A stretch of 63,992 nucleotides of DNA, counting the filler, from Folioceros fuciformis (lineage: Eukaryota), in assembly GCA_049999805.1 (NCBI GenBank). It is 4 parts of 3 records of this genome, joined end to end, with 100 filler letters (N's around TTAATTAATTAA, not from the genome) between each part and the next. Parts side by side here need not be neighbours in the genome. Positions count along the whole stretch, not along the records: positions 1 to 29,334 come from JBNGIO010005633.1; 3 more parts are not named here. The stretch is one strand, 5' to 3'. Under the pieces are notes generated by a model. That model worked only from the letters and a program-made list of their open reading frames with translations. It made no database searches and had not been told where the DNA came from. The position numbers and the translations under genes were made by a program. Below, in pieces: positions 13,701-27,504 of this stretch (position 1 is its first letter; the number at the start of each line of letters is the position of its first letter).

Positions 13701-15854
13701 GTGTCCCTGCATGGTATGCTCATTTTGATGACGATGAGCTGGAAGGAATAGGGTCCTATGATGATCACTGGATCGTCGGTAGAAACGAAACTGAAGCCAA
13801 TGCCATTGCCAATAAGAAGTTTGCTGGGAAGAAGTTCCGGCTGGAACAAGATCCTGATGTTTTGGACACATGGTTTTCGTCGGGGTTGTTCCCGTTCTCT
13901 GTGATGGGCTGGCCAGAGGAGACAGCGGATATGCGCACATTCTACCCAACATCTCTCCTTGAAACCGGACATGATATTCTTTTCTTCTGGGTAGCTAGGA
14001 TGGTAATGATGGGCATGAAGCTGACAAATGAAGTCCCGTTCAAACATGTGAGCCTTCCGTACTTGTTTTTGAGTTTGATAACTGCCTTGACTCTTCCTTT
14101 GTATGATTGCTGACAGCAGTCGTTCCTCGCAGGTTTTCCTTCACGCGATTGTGAGGGATGCCCAAGGTCGCAAAATGTCAAAGTCTTTGGGAAATGTGAT
14201 TGACCCCTTAGAAGTTATTTCAGGTATTACGTTGGAGGGCCTTCAGAGCAAGCTCACACAGGGTAACCTTGAGCAAGCTGAAGTAGAGAGGGCATCCAAA
14301 AATCTGGTGGCAGATTATCCAAATGGGATCATCGAATGTGGTGCTGATGCTCTTCGGTTTGCCCTTGTCTCCTACACAATGCAGGTTAGAACAATTCTTC
14401 GTTCATTTAAGTTCATACTCTTCTGAGGTGGCGTTTCTAATCACGATAGTAACCTTTGTGTCCTCTTGCAGCCGATGAAAATAAACCTCGATATTCAGCG
14501 GGTGGTGGGCTACAGGCAATGGTGCAACAAACTGTGGAATGCCATCCGCTTTGCGCTGATGAAACTCGGAACAGACTTCGCCCCTTCCAAGTCTATTGAT
14601 GTGGCTTCGCTACCATTTAGCTGCAAATGGATCCTGTCAGTGCTCAATAATACGATCTCCAAGACAAATGAGGCTTTTGCAAGTTATGACCTGACAGAAG
14701 CAACGACGGCTATTTATTCCTGGTGGCAGTATCAGTTATGTGATGTCTTCATCGAAGTCATAAAACCAGCTTTGTCAAGCAACAGCGATGAGGCAGATGC
14801 TGTTGCGACTAAGGCTGCTGTGAAGGACACTCTATGGATTTGCCTGGACACAGGCCTCCGGCTCCTGCATCCACTCATGCCCTTCATAACCGAGGAGCTA
14901 TGGCAGAGGCTGCCTCGAAAAGATCCCGTATCGTCGATCATGGTTGCAGAGTACCCATCCGCGCATGAGGTTGGTTGTTCTAGCATGGCTGGTACTGAAG
15001 CAAGGCTGTGCACCTTGTTTGTGAACCTGTGTGCCCACTAAACATTTGATGTGTGCAGCATTGGTCAAATCTGAAAGTAGAGACGCAGATGGGACTGACC
15101 GAATCAATTGTAAGGTCCGCAAGAGGGTTGCGGATGGCGAATGGTTTGCAGACTACGCAGAGGTAATGATCCACGAACATTGCTTGAATAATTTTTCTAA
15201 GCTTTGCAAGCAAGGTAGGCTCCTTTCTTACTTTCTCCTGAACCCTCCTTCCTGGAACAGGGAAGAGGCGGAGTTGTTTGTGGTCTCGAAGGACTCTGCT
15301 ATCTCGGCTGACATTGTCAGCCACGGCGTCCCCGTGATCTCAACCTTGGCATCTGTATCTGTGAAGGTGTGTGTCTCCGTGTGCTGTTGCCGTGCTTCAT
15401 GGATGTTGCCAGGCTTCAAAGACTGACAAAGTAAGGTGGGGCTTCCATCCTTTTCATCCAGGTCCTGGAAGACTCGGACCAACCTCCGGCGGGGTGTGCT
15501 GTTGCAATCGTGAACGCAAATGTGTCAGTGTACTTGCTCGTCAAAGGTCGGGTGAACGCTGGTTTGGAAATAGCCAAGTTGAAGAAGAGGAAAGATGAGC
15601 TTCTGAGGTAAGATCCGGCTGACCACCCCTTGGAAACCCCATGTCCGCCCATAGCTCCTCTCATGTTGCACGGCCCCTCTTGTCTCTGCGGTCACAGGCA
15701 ACAGGAGGCACTGACAGCGGCGATGAGCAGCTCGGGCTACGCGAAGGCTCCAGCTTGCGTGCAGGCCGAGAATAACGCCAAACTAGCGGAGTTGGCGACG
15801 GAGCTGGGAATCGTGGAAGAAGCAACTTGCAACTTCCAGGCCCTGGTGATCTAA
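10771..15854 (+). CDS. ValRS: Valyl-tRNA synthetase, cytosolic type, multi-exon
   Basis: [13 protein letters not shown] (HIGH), [49 protein letters not shown] (KMSKS), [14 protein letters not shown]-terminal coiled coil; short GT-AG introns; Lys-rich N-terminus from ATG 10771. Confidence 0.95.
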
Positions 15855-16439
15855 GCATGGCGCAGGCAGCTTTTCTTGTGACTGTGATTCGTGACTGGAA
15901 AGTCGTGCCAGTACCATTGTTCACGGGCGGGCGAATTCGCCCTGCCTACAGTTTTGTACACCATTGGACTCGATTTGTGTTCTCTTTTCCCCTTGCAGCA
16001 TCGTAAGCCAGTGGTGCGATCAGCATTATCCTTTTCCACAATACTCACCTTCTCAACCACCTGAATACATCGGGTAGTGGTTTATGATGGCCAAATCCGA
16101 AGAAAGCCCTTCAAAGCTTAACATAATCTCTGATGGCTAATCGTGCCCGTAATGCACACTGCCTCCGGAGTCGGGGATGCGGCTAGCAGGTTCAGCGTGC
16201 GAGGCTGCTCCTTGCGGGCCTGTGCCTGCAACGAGCAGCCTTGGCCGCCACTGCCTCCTTGGCCCGATGCTTAATTCTGGTCACGCTGGCGAGGGCACCG
16301 CGTCCGGGGACAATCTCATCCCCACGACATGGCACTTCTTTCAAGCGGACAGTCCCAAGTCAGGGCGGGACAGAAGCGCTCAGCCGCTATGATGCGCCAC
16401 GCTCTGCCCGCATAGGACTTCGGCTGGCCGCTGCCGACA

Positions 16440-17260
16440 CTGGACTCTAGGGCGAAGCTCCTTCTCCTTCGGATTCCGCCTGCCCCGCCTACTCCGAATG
16501 GATCTACGACAACCTGGCGCCGTGGCGGCAGCCCGGGGTCTCCCTAGCCAACGTCCTGCCGGCGAAGGAGTTTGCGGTTGCCGAGTTGTGATGCTGCACG
16601 GAGACTGTACGTCGAGTACTGTAACCGCTGCATGCAAGGCCGGTCCCTCTTCACCGTCTGGTCTCTGCCCCTTCTCCTGGAGCGATTCCCCGGCCGAATG
16701 CTCGACTCGTATCTCATGTTCGACTGGATGGACCGGCCGCCGATCCGCAAGGAGGGGGATGAGCACCGGCTCCAAGGAGGCGTCCCGTCTCCGCGCTTCC
16801 GCTACTGCAGCTACGAGGACCACTTCAACATCCCCTTCCCAGACTTGTCCTTCTGGCGCTGGCCAGAATCCCGGCTCCGACCACGGGCCAGCAATACGCT
16901 ACCGGCCACAAATCTTCCAGCCACACAATCTTCGACCGGGGCTGCCTGCTTCCTCCTAAGCATTATCTGCCGGTGGAGCGTGACCTGCTCTACGACAACG
17001 TCAAGCGCCTGGTGGAAAGGGGAAAACGAGTTCCTCACTAGATGATGATGGCTATGGCCGCAACCTCCTGGGATTTGTTGTTGAAGGACCTGAGTAGTAT
17101 GGACAATGCGTACAACGATACCCAAATCTTCTTCACCGAGTACTTCCGAACTGCTCACATAAAAGCCCTCCGTTCCTCGCCGAGCCGAGCCGCTTGAGGT
17201 GCCAAGATCCTGTGCACGACCACAACTTCCCGACGTTATAACCTTCTGGCTGCCTTTACT
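16440..17260 (+). pseudogene. Glycosyltransferase family 90 (CAP10/DUF821) pseudogene
   Basis: CPAYSEWIYDNLAPWR, RLYVEY..CMQGRSLFTVWSL..LLERFPGRM..LMFDW.DRP, FRYCS..HFNIPFPDLSFW, then C-terminal KHYLPV and MDNAYN..FFTEY; frameshifts and an apparent internal deletion. Confidence 0.8.
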
Positions 17261-18412
17261 TCCCTGCACTATCCATTGCGTGTCAGGATATCAAACAAGC
17301 ATCTTCGATTGCAGGCTAACAGCCGAATCCTTGGATGGAACTTGACACAGATGCTTGCTTGCTTGTCTGGGTCAAGCTGTTCACTCACTGTTGGGAGAAG
17401 GATGTTTACTACTAATTAATGTGAAGCCTTCCAACCAAACCTCTTGCAAGCCCTGCATCCCACGTGAGCTCAATCAGTATCATTGAATGAGATCTGTGCA
17501 TTGCGTGTGTGCTTTGATGATCCATTCCATCATCGTCCTGACCCCTCTGCATTCAGCGAGGAGTCCGAGGTAGAAGGAAATGTGTAACAGCTATGACATG
17601 TATGCATGAACGTACATATGTACACACATTCTATCCGCCATGAATTGGAATGGAAGACGCGAGATATCTGGAAGAAAAGACAGAACTGCAGGGCTTGCAG
17701 GTGGCAAAGAGTGGAAAGAGATAGGCACCATGTGCGACCCGGTGGGTTGCTGAGCCGGCCACATTCTGGCTGTCAGCCGCCCCCCTTTTCAAAATTCCGT
17801 TTAGAGACGCGTATTAGAATTTAGGGTGCGCCTGGCATTTTCAAACCCACCTCCGGTTAGGTTTGGCAACGGCACCCGCCCAGGGGCGGTACGGAGAGCA
17901 TCGCGGCCGTCTCTGCGCTCTTCCCGCCATGTCTTCTTAACTCAGGTTACGCCTTACTCGCCGAGATCTACTCCTCGCTCTTCGGCTGCGTTACTCCCTG
18001 CAGGTTCGCATTCCTCACGGCCCGCGCACTCCCTGCCGTTGCCGCCGTCCGCCCTCCGCTCTGCTGCTGCCGGAGCCTCGTTGCACCTCAGTGTTCCAGG
18101 CGCGTTTCTCTCAGCTCGCCCTTCTGCCAAGGTTTGCTACGCCCTGTCCTGCGCTTCCGATGCACCACGGGATGAGGATGTTTGGTGCTGTTTTCTAGGA
18201 GTCCGGGACTGGTTGTAGCTGGCATCTGGTTCGTTTCAGTGCCTCCCTGCTCTTCATTGTTCCGGCCTGCGCTTCTACGGCTACGGTTCCGCTTTCGGTC
18301 AACGGGTTTGAGTCGGTTTCGAAGCAGAAGTAGCGGGAGGTGCGGTGCTCTGAGAACAGCGCTTTAATCCAATGTCTTGTCGGTTGTCTTGCATTGCAGG
18401 ATCTCTGCCAAG

Positions 18413-19955
<1,543 letters not shown>

Positions 19956-21082
19956 TCTATTCTCGGTAGGGGTGAAGTGACCTCCTGGTTTTGTCACGTC
20001 GTTATGTGTGAGGACATTTGAATCTGGGGTTTTGCATCTCCCGGAACTTGTGTTTTATCCAAGTTTCGTCGTCGAGAAAGTTAGTGCGCGCTATGCTTGC
20101 TTGACCTCTAATAATTACTTTGTCAATTGCTGTTCTCTTTTTATCAATGTACGGTGGTGAACCCTTAGTTCACTTAGAGCTGTACATTATGCGAGCTCGT
20201 CGCTCGCTTCCAAGTTTGAGCGTACGAAGTTTTCTTCACTCTAAACTAGCCAGCTGTTGCGTACTAATTCTCCCCATCCTCGCTCGCCCTTGGCGGCCGG
20301 CGCATCTTCTGATCAGGGGTTATGCATTGGGTCTGGTGCCGTGGGCATCCTGCGTCTCGGCGCTGTTTTCACAGACCACTGTAGCCTTTTCACCTACGTC
20401 TGCGCCACTTGGCGGGCCTCGAGTGCAACGCGTGAGAATCCTTCTCTCACTAGTTCAAATCTATCCAGTCTAACGGGCCTTTTTTCACTTCCAGAAATTT
20501 ATTGCGCCCGGACAACTGGTGTAGAACGAACGTCTGCTGTGCCGAACGGTTTCTTCGCTTGGAGAAATCTGTCGTTCACAGACAACAGGTCATCTGAAAC
20601 GCCGAACGCCTTTACCACATCCTTGAAGAAATCTGATGCGCCGACCTCTTCTTTCAGTGTTGCACCATATGCTTTCTCACTAGGAAAAAACTTCCGCCCA
20701 GGGCATTCAATTCGCTGTGAGAAACCCATTGCGTTCTAGAGTTCAATACGTTTTCACTTAGAACAGAACGCGTTGTTGGGTCTACCCCGAGAAATCTCTG
20801 GCTTCTCCTTTATTTGAAATCCGACACGTCCTTCACGAAGTAAGAACGAATGAAAGGCAGACTCTGCCCTCGTCACAATTGCTGCTGAACGTGTATACAT
20901 GTTTTTATTGCAACTCTGAAATTTTCTAACTCTAACTTCGAATCATGCGCCAATTCTGGAGAGAGTATTGTTCGACCGTCACAATCCTGTACACTATCCA
21001 CATGTTGAAGGCTTATTCACAGTGCCACTCATCTTTTTCCGACTCATCCCTGGCTAATTCATCGAAAATTAATCCGCCGGAT

Positions 21083-23690
21083 TTACGGGTAAATAGGCAA
21101 CAAGCTGCCCAGCATCCAGTCCCAATGGCCAGGCCGCAGATTGTTAGGTGAAACACCCTCGTTGTCATGCACTAAGGGATCAGCACCCTTCTCAACCAAA
21201 AGCTTCGCTACATTCTCATGCTCGCAAATTGTTGCATAATGTAATGCCGTCTGACCTTCCTGATCCTGCATACGAACGACAATTACTGAACAAGCAAAGC
21301 CTTAAAGTCACATCCCTCTAGAGCACAGGCGAACTTGCAAACTAGATTGAGCAACAATAATATGCATGGACCTGAAACAAGAAGCACACAGATGCTTGCC
21401 CTCGCAATACAGCAAGTATAGCAATACCTTCGCATGGATTTCTGCTCCTTTAGAAAGTAAAAACTTGACAGTCTCTAAATGCCCGAGATCCGCCGCCCAG
21501 TGCAGTGCTGTGCGCCCATGGGTATCTGAGAAATAGGGCCATATCAGTTATTGTGCAAGAGGGAACTCTCCCGCCATTTCAGAAATGGCAGTGACCCTGG
21601 ACAAAATTGAAGTGTATAGTTTACGACGTCTGCCTGCCGACAGAAAGTTTCTGTCAAGCGGTCTTCAACAAGGATACAGATGTACATAGCTTCATTCATG
21701 TATTCGAACTTAAAAAAGCATCTTTTGATTGGGACACGCAGACAAGGATAAACGAGACAACAGATACCTTTCTGATCAACTGGTTGACCCTGGTCCAAGA
21801 GCTGAGAAAGCCCGGCACTATCACCATCTTTGGCGAAGGCATGTATTGCTTCCAGGCTTCTAACAGGAACCAAAACGAAAGGAATTGAGGAACGATAGCA
21901 AGGGGTCCAAATACTCTCTACAAAAGGGAAAAAATATGGAACTCCCGACAAGAATCTACGTGGCACGTTGCCCTACAGCTGACTTCCTCAGGAAAACATA
22001 TAATCTCATTGGAAGTGTTAGTATGCTCACCCGGAGTCGCTACTGCCTTCCTCTGACACTAAAGTGCTGAAGACTGGACCGCCAACACCACTGGGCTTCC
22101 TCTTGCTTCCACTTGTTTGTGACAGAGAGCCCCCACTTGTGTCCGCCTGCTGAACACATTTCAGGCTAATGTCATTTGTTTGTCGTCGACCACACGAGGG
22201 TAGGCCTGATCGCTCTAGAACGAAAGATGACCGTGAATTCAAAGATGAACTTACTTTCTCAGACAGTTGGTTCCAGTTTGGGCTGATCTTTGAGAGGACC
22301 TCGATATAACGCATCATTGCCTCCTCCGGACTTATGTCCCCTAGCTTCTGCCAAGCATTCCTTGCACAGCCAAAAATGGTCCCCTCCATCACTCATGCAT
22401 GCCAGCTCTGAAGCCCTGCCAGTGATACTTTGGTCACGGGCATTGTCACCACCAGTCAGATTTGGACGGGGTTCTACACATATGCACCAGTTTCTTTACA
22501 CCAAGCTTTAACCCAAACGCAGCAGATAGGCTGGACATTCCTGTCGACCTACACCTTGGATTGTTACCTCAGGCTGCGCCAAATAGAAATCAGGTCCAGG
22601 ACAGCAGAGGAGCTGTTCAACGACCAGTGCCCCGAAGCTATTAAGGGGCAGAGTTCTCTGTGAGGGCTTTACTCAGTAAGTTAGAAGAGAGGTGCAGTAA
22701 GCCCAGCATATGCAGCTGGCCAATGTCTAGCAAAGTTGATGTCTTGCATCGACTTAGCTGACTGGAAATGGTCTGCGATATATAGAACTAACGGTGCTCC
22801 TAGCAAGAGGAACTCCAGCACATATTTGTGACGTGCTTCGCTGGCAAGCTGTTCACAAGGGGCTAACATAGTTGCGGACAACAACAAGCACAACTTTCGA
22901 CGATCACGCAAAGAGCACAACTTAAGTTGGAAGAACCTATCAGGCACCACGACAAGAATTGTAAGGATGGAAGTTGGAGCACACAAGAGCTTACATACCA
23001 TTTGGACCGAGCAGTCAAGTTGATCATCGATGGCTGGGGGGTCCGACAGGGCCCCTCCGTTGCCACCTTGTAGAGCGCATATAATTGCAGTTGCATGTCC
23101 TGCGATGTCTTGGTCCCCATAGACGTTGCCATGGTGGCCACAAAAGTAGATGCAGCACCGAATTCCTCTTCCAATTCAGAGCTCTCCACACCCTCCCAGT
23201 CATCACTATCATTCTCATCAAGCTGATCAGCTCCTGCAGCCGCCTCAGGCTGTGCTGACACGGCGGCAACGGCAGACTTTTGGCTCGGGTCTCCATCACC
23301 CGCAAGAGGCTCGCTTCCGACAGTCGCCGCCTCCACGGCAGCCGACCTGGGCACCTGCTCATCCGAGGAGCTACTCTCCACCTCCGACGGCGCCTCCCGC
23401 TCCTGGTGAACGTCAACATCAAGAGACTCAGAAGAATCGTCTTCCTCGTCCACCCGCTCTGCACTCTCCTCGCCATCAGATGAATCCAAATCACCATCGA
23501 ACCCGTTCTGGTCCCCGGGAGCCAATCGCTCCTCCGCCGGGGAAGACGCAGGGGGTTCGGCCGCCCTGGCACGCTCCACCCGCAGATTATCGCTCTTGAA
23601 GGCAGTCAGCAGCGAAAGCAGCTTGGCAAGCATGAAGGCAAAGACGAGAGCCATGAAGAAGGCGTGGGCAGCCTCCCGCCAATCCGCCAT
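21083..23690 (-). CDS. ACBP: Membrane-anchored acyl-CoA-binding protein with ankyrin repeats (class II, ACBP1/2-like); exons ~23690-22999, 22360-22255, 22150-22031, 21859-21768, 21525-21428, 21265-21083
   Basis: MADW plus N-terminal TM, FKSDNL, DDWEGVES, LQLYALYKVATEGPC, KWNAWQKLG, GPVFST, ankyrin GRTALHWAAD and GQTALHYA. Confidence 0.93.
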
Positions 23691-24495
23691 GGCCAGCATG
23701 ATGTGACCCTGCTTGCTCTAGAGCGTGATGAGGCTAATGTCGGCTGACGCAGACGCAATTGACGGTAGGGGAAGAGAGGAAGACAAAAAGTGGGCACGGC
23801 GACAGCCAACGACAGGCAGAAGCACGAGATGGTATGCTGGAAGGGGAGAGTGCTGTCCAGTGCAGTCCACTCTACTCCAGTCGCAATGCATTCACGCTCC
23901 TGCGCTTCCCTGCCTCCCCGCTCGAGCCCAATCCTATTTAATAATTCAACATGCATAAATATATGCACCGACTACTCAACATCACCATGCAGAGTGTTCG
24001 ATGCTTCATGCCAGACGGATCCCCATACATGTAGCATCCTGTATGTTATCCGGCTTTCTTCCATGTATTAAGCTTATGTGGTACAGGAAGTTGCATACGA
24101 CTACGCCCCTGTTCTCGTACGAATTCGACTCTTGACACGTCAGGAGAACGTCTCGAATTGCTGGGTTCAACAGCTGCTGCTATGTGCGGAGCATTGACGT
24201 GCAAGCCTTGAAAGAAATTCTTTTTCTTTGATCACTCAATGCCGATGCTGAGCAGTAGGTTGCTGGCAGCTGGGAGCGCCTCTGTTGCTGGCAGATGCTT
24301 TCAGGATCTGGCATCAAACAGTCTGTCAGGAAACTTCTACTCAGCTGAACTTCAACTTCCTACATGGGCAGCTTGGATTTGCTCGGACGTTCGATACTTG
24401 GACGTCTTCAGTGCCGAATGCTACCCACAAGTTTGATCGTTTGAGGCACAGCTGTGCGAGGTGCTTGTGAATGCAAGAACGTAATGGATTTGTAG

Positions 24496-27400
24496 TTAGT
24501 TCACCATTTGCAGGCTGAAGTGACCTTGGAATACGTTGGACGCAACATTCTGACATGTTTGTAAACAAGATCGTAGTTTTGAACTTGACCTGTAAGTGAA
24601 AGGTTTTGGATATGATAATTGCTCGCTTAATTCAAGAAGCTTGGAATAAATCTGGTCTGATTGCTCGTTACTTCTGTCGCCTACAAGAAACACGTGAACC
24701 CTCTTCTCGTGCTCGATCCAACTCTGGCCAGGCTTTCTCTTCCATGGACCTGTACGCACTCGAAGCTCTTCTATTGTGTTACATAGTCTACTTGCTTCCT
24801 CCCACATGTTGGCCTCATGGTAGATGTTCAGCATCATTAAGTACGCTGATGTCTGCTTTGGTTCCAAGCTCACGGCCTCCTTGAAAGCATGCTCGCCTAG
24901 TCCTACGTTGCCATGTTTTCGACAGGAGCCAAGCAAGGACAGCCACAATGCCACATCGGGTTGCATAGGCATTTCCTGAACCAAGTCTTGGACTTGACGG
25001 AAGAGCCCTGCACGGCCCAAAAGGTCCACCAAGCTGACGTAGTGCTCCAAGGTCGTCTGGATGCTGGGATCTGCTTCCATGCATTGAAAGTATTGGATAC
25101 CTTTCTCTACCATGCCTGCATGACTGCAAGCATTCAAAACAGCAACATATGTGACTGCATCGGGCTTTACGCCTTTTCGTTGCATTTCTTCGAAGCACTG
25201 AAGACATCTATCAGAGTCCCCTAGTTGGGCATACCCTGCAATTAGTGCGGTCCATGATACAATGTCCTGCTGGGCCAAGGTATCAAACACGAGCTGTGCA
25301 TCAAGCAGGCTACCACATTTGCTGTACGCATGGATCAGAGTGGTTGCTAGAACAGTAGTTAGCTCCACTTTACCATTAATTATATCGCCATGTATCTGCC
25401 TACACAGGCTAAGCGCTCCAGCGTTGCTACACGCTTTCAGGATAGACAGAAATGTTGCTTCATCAGGAATCACAGATGCTTTTTGCATCTCGTCGTATAG
25501 CTGCATAGCCTTTTCGTGATGTTCCTGGTCAACATACCCCGCCACCAATACATTCCACAAAACAACATTATCCTGTGGCAGTGTGTGAAAGACAGAAAGG
25601 GCATCCATCATGCTCCCACACTCCGCATAACTATTTGCCAACGTGGTGCCCACAAAGAAGTCGGAGATATAGCCCCTCTTGAGAATTTCAGCATGAGTGA
25701 CTCTAACCTGTTCAAGGGCGTCTGGTTTGACGAGCTGTCCGTTGACAATAGTCGAATCCTCGGTAGCTGCCAACCTGCCACATGCTTTCAGGACACTGGC
25801 AAAAGCCTGACCGTCTGGCTTCACACCTTTGACCCGCATTTTTGCATAAAACTGTAATGCCTCAGCACCCTGTCCTTGTTCAGCGAATCCTGATATCATT
25901 GCACTCCATGAGACTACATCTTGCTGAGGCATCTTGTAAAAAACATGCTCCGCATCAATCATACTTCCGCATTTCGAATACATATGCACCAGCGCAGTAC
26001 CCACAAATAAGTCTAGTTCCTGACTACACCTAGCAACATCCGCATGAATAGTCCGGCCCAGTTGCAGGCAATCTTTCTTGAGCATTTGACCGATAACTGG
26101 TGTCCCTGTTCCCGCTAGGCCACTGCAGGCCTTGAGCGCACTCACAAAAGTCTGGTTGGTCGGCTGCACACCTTCCTGTTGCATGCGTGCATACAGATGC
26201 AGAGCCTGTGGATAGTTTCCCTGATGGACACTTCCTGATATCAAAGCATTCCACGATACCACGTTGCGCTTGGACAAAGCGTCGAACACATGGCATGCAT
26301 CTTCCATGCTTCCGCATTTGGCATACATATCGATCAAGCTGGTGCCAACAAAGACATCGGATTCATAACCTTGAGTAACCGCAATGGCGTGGACCACCTT
26401 GCCCGTCTGCAGGGCATGTGGTTTAACAGATCGCCCATGCGCTGTAGTTGTCTCTTGTTCCTGGGCTGAGAGGCTCCCACATGCCTTCAACACACTAGCC
26501 AGAGTCCACTTGTCTGGAGTGAAACCTTCATTCTGCATCTGGTTAAAGAGCTGCAAGGCCATCCGGCCATCCTCGTTCTGAACGTATCCTGCTATCATTG
26601 CACTCCATGATACCACGGTGCGTCGGGTGAAAGCATCAAAAACAAGTCTCGAATCCAACATACTTCCGCATTTTGAATACATATGGACAAGAGTGTTGCA
26701 AATGAACGAATCTGATGCAAGCCCCTGGGCAACAACTTTAGCATGAATCATCTTACCTCCATGCAGCGAGTTGCACTTGATAGCCTGACTGCCTACAACT
26801 GACGCCTCTTCTTTACAAGCAAGAATACCACATGCCTTAAGTGCGCTCACGAAGGTCCAGTTGTTAGGAGCTACTCCTTCCCCCTGCATACATGCAAAGA
26901 GATCCAACGCTTCCTCAGCCTGACCTTGTTGCACATATCCAGCTATCAACGCATTCCAGGACACGACATTACGCTGTTGCAACCCGTCAAACACTTGTCT
27001 GGCATCCAACATGTTCCTGCATTTCGCATACATATCGACCAGTGTTGTCCCCACGAAAACATCAGACTCGTAGCCCAATCGAGCGATTTCAGCATGAATC
27101 AACTTCCCCCGTTTCAGGGACCCCACTTTACGTGTCTGTCCAAGAAGAACCGTATCTCCCTCCAACACTGCCAAGCTGGTACAAGCTTTAAGCAAGCTGA
27201 CGTACGTCCGTTCATTCGGCACAACCCCGGCCTCTTTCATCCTCTCAAACAGTTGAAACACCTTCCCACCGTCTCCCTTCCTGGCATTCTCAGCCAGAGT
27301 AGCATTCCACGTCCTCACATCTGCAGGCCGTGTCCCAAAGACAGCCTTCTCTGTACCTACATCCGACCTCAAGCTCTTACTCCTGGACTGCTCTAACCCT

Positions 27401-27504
27401 TGCATTCTTTCGACGCCAGTCGCGCTCGATCCTCCCTCATACCTCACTCGGCACATCGCTACATTCACAGTCACGCCAGGACAAGCCCACCAGATAACTG
27501 TCAT
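24496..27504 (-). CDS. Intronless PLS-class PPR protein with E1/E2/E+ region and no DYW domain (probable organellar RNA-editing factor); start codon uncertain
   Basis: Repeated DVFVGT.LVDMYAKC / VVSWNALIAGY / TFVSALKAC triplets; EHYVSLVDLLGRAG, WLSLLGSCRKHGN, PG box KPGQSWIE, VFLVGDRS; no HSE/CxxC/DYW. Confidence 0.92.
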   Translation of the reverse strand: MTVIWWACPGVTVNVAMCRVRYEGGSSATGVERMQGLEQSRSKSLRSDVGTEKAVFGTRPADVRTWNATLAENARKGDGGKVFQLFERMKEAGVVPNERTYVSLLKACTSLAVLEGDTVLLGQTRKVGSLKRGKLIHAEIARLGYESDVFVGTTLVDMYAKCRNMLDARQVFDGLQQRNVVSWNALIAGYVQQGQAEEALDLFACMQGEGVAPNNWTFVSALKACGILACKEEASVVGSQAIKCNSLHGGKMIHAKVVAQGLASDSFICNTLVHMYSKCGSMLDSRLVFDAFTRRTVVSWSAMIAGYVQNEDGRMALQLFNQMQNEGFTPDKWTLASVLKACGSLSAQEQETTTAHGRSVKPHALQTGKVVHAIAVTQGYESDVFVGTSLIDMYAKCGSMEDACHVFDALSKRNVVSWNALISGSVHQGNYPQALHLYARMQQEGVQPTNQTFVSALKACSGLAGTGTPVIGQMLKKDCLQLGRTIHADVARCSQELDLFVGTALVHMYSKCGSMIDAEHVFYKMPQQDVVSWSAMISGFAEQGQGAEALQFYAKMRVKGVKPDGQAFASVLKACGRLAATEDSTIVNGQLVKPDALEQVRVTHAEILKRGYISDFFVGTTLANSYAECGSMMDALSVFHTLPQDNVVLWNVLVAGYVDQEHHEKAMQLYDEMQKASVIPDEATFLSILKACSNAGALSLCRQIHGDIINGKVELTTVLATTLIHAYSKCGSLLDAQLVFDTLAQQDIVSWTALIAGYAQLGDSDRCLQCFEEMQRKGVKPDAVTYVAVLNACSHAGMVEKGIQYFQCMEADPSIQTTLEHYVSLVDLLGRAGLFRQVQDLVQEMPMQPDVALWLSLLGSCRKHGNVGLGEHAFKEAVSLEPKQTSAYLMMLNIYHEANMWEEASRLCNTIEELRVRTGPWKRKPGQSWIEHEKRVHVFLVGDRSNEQSDQIYSKLLELSEQLSYPKPFTYRSSSKLRSCLQTCQNVASNVFQGHFSLQMVN

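Noticed and set aside
22361-22998. Long ACBP intron as a snoRNA host
   Set aside because: No convincing C/D or H/ACA boxes on the transcribed strand
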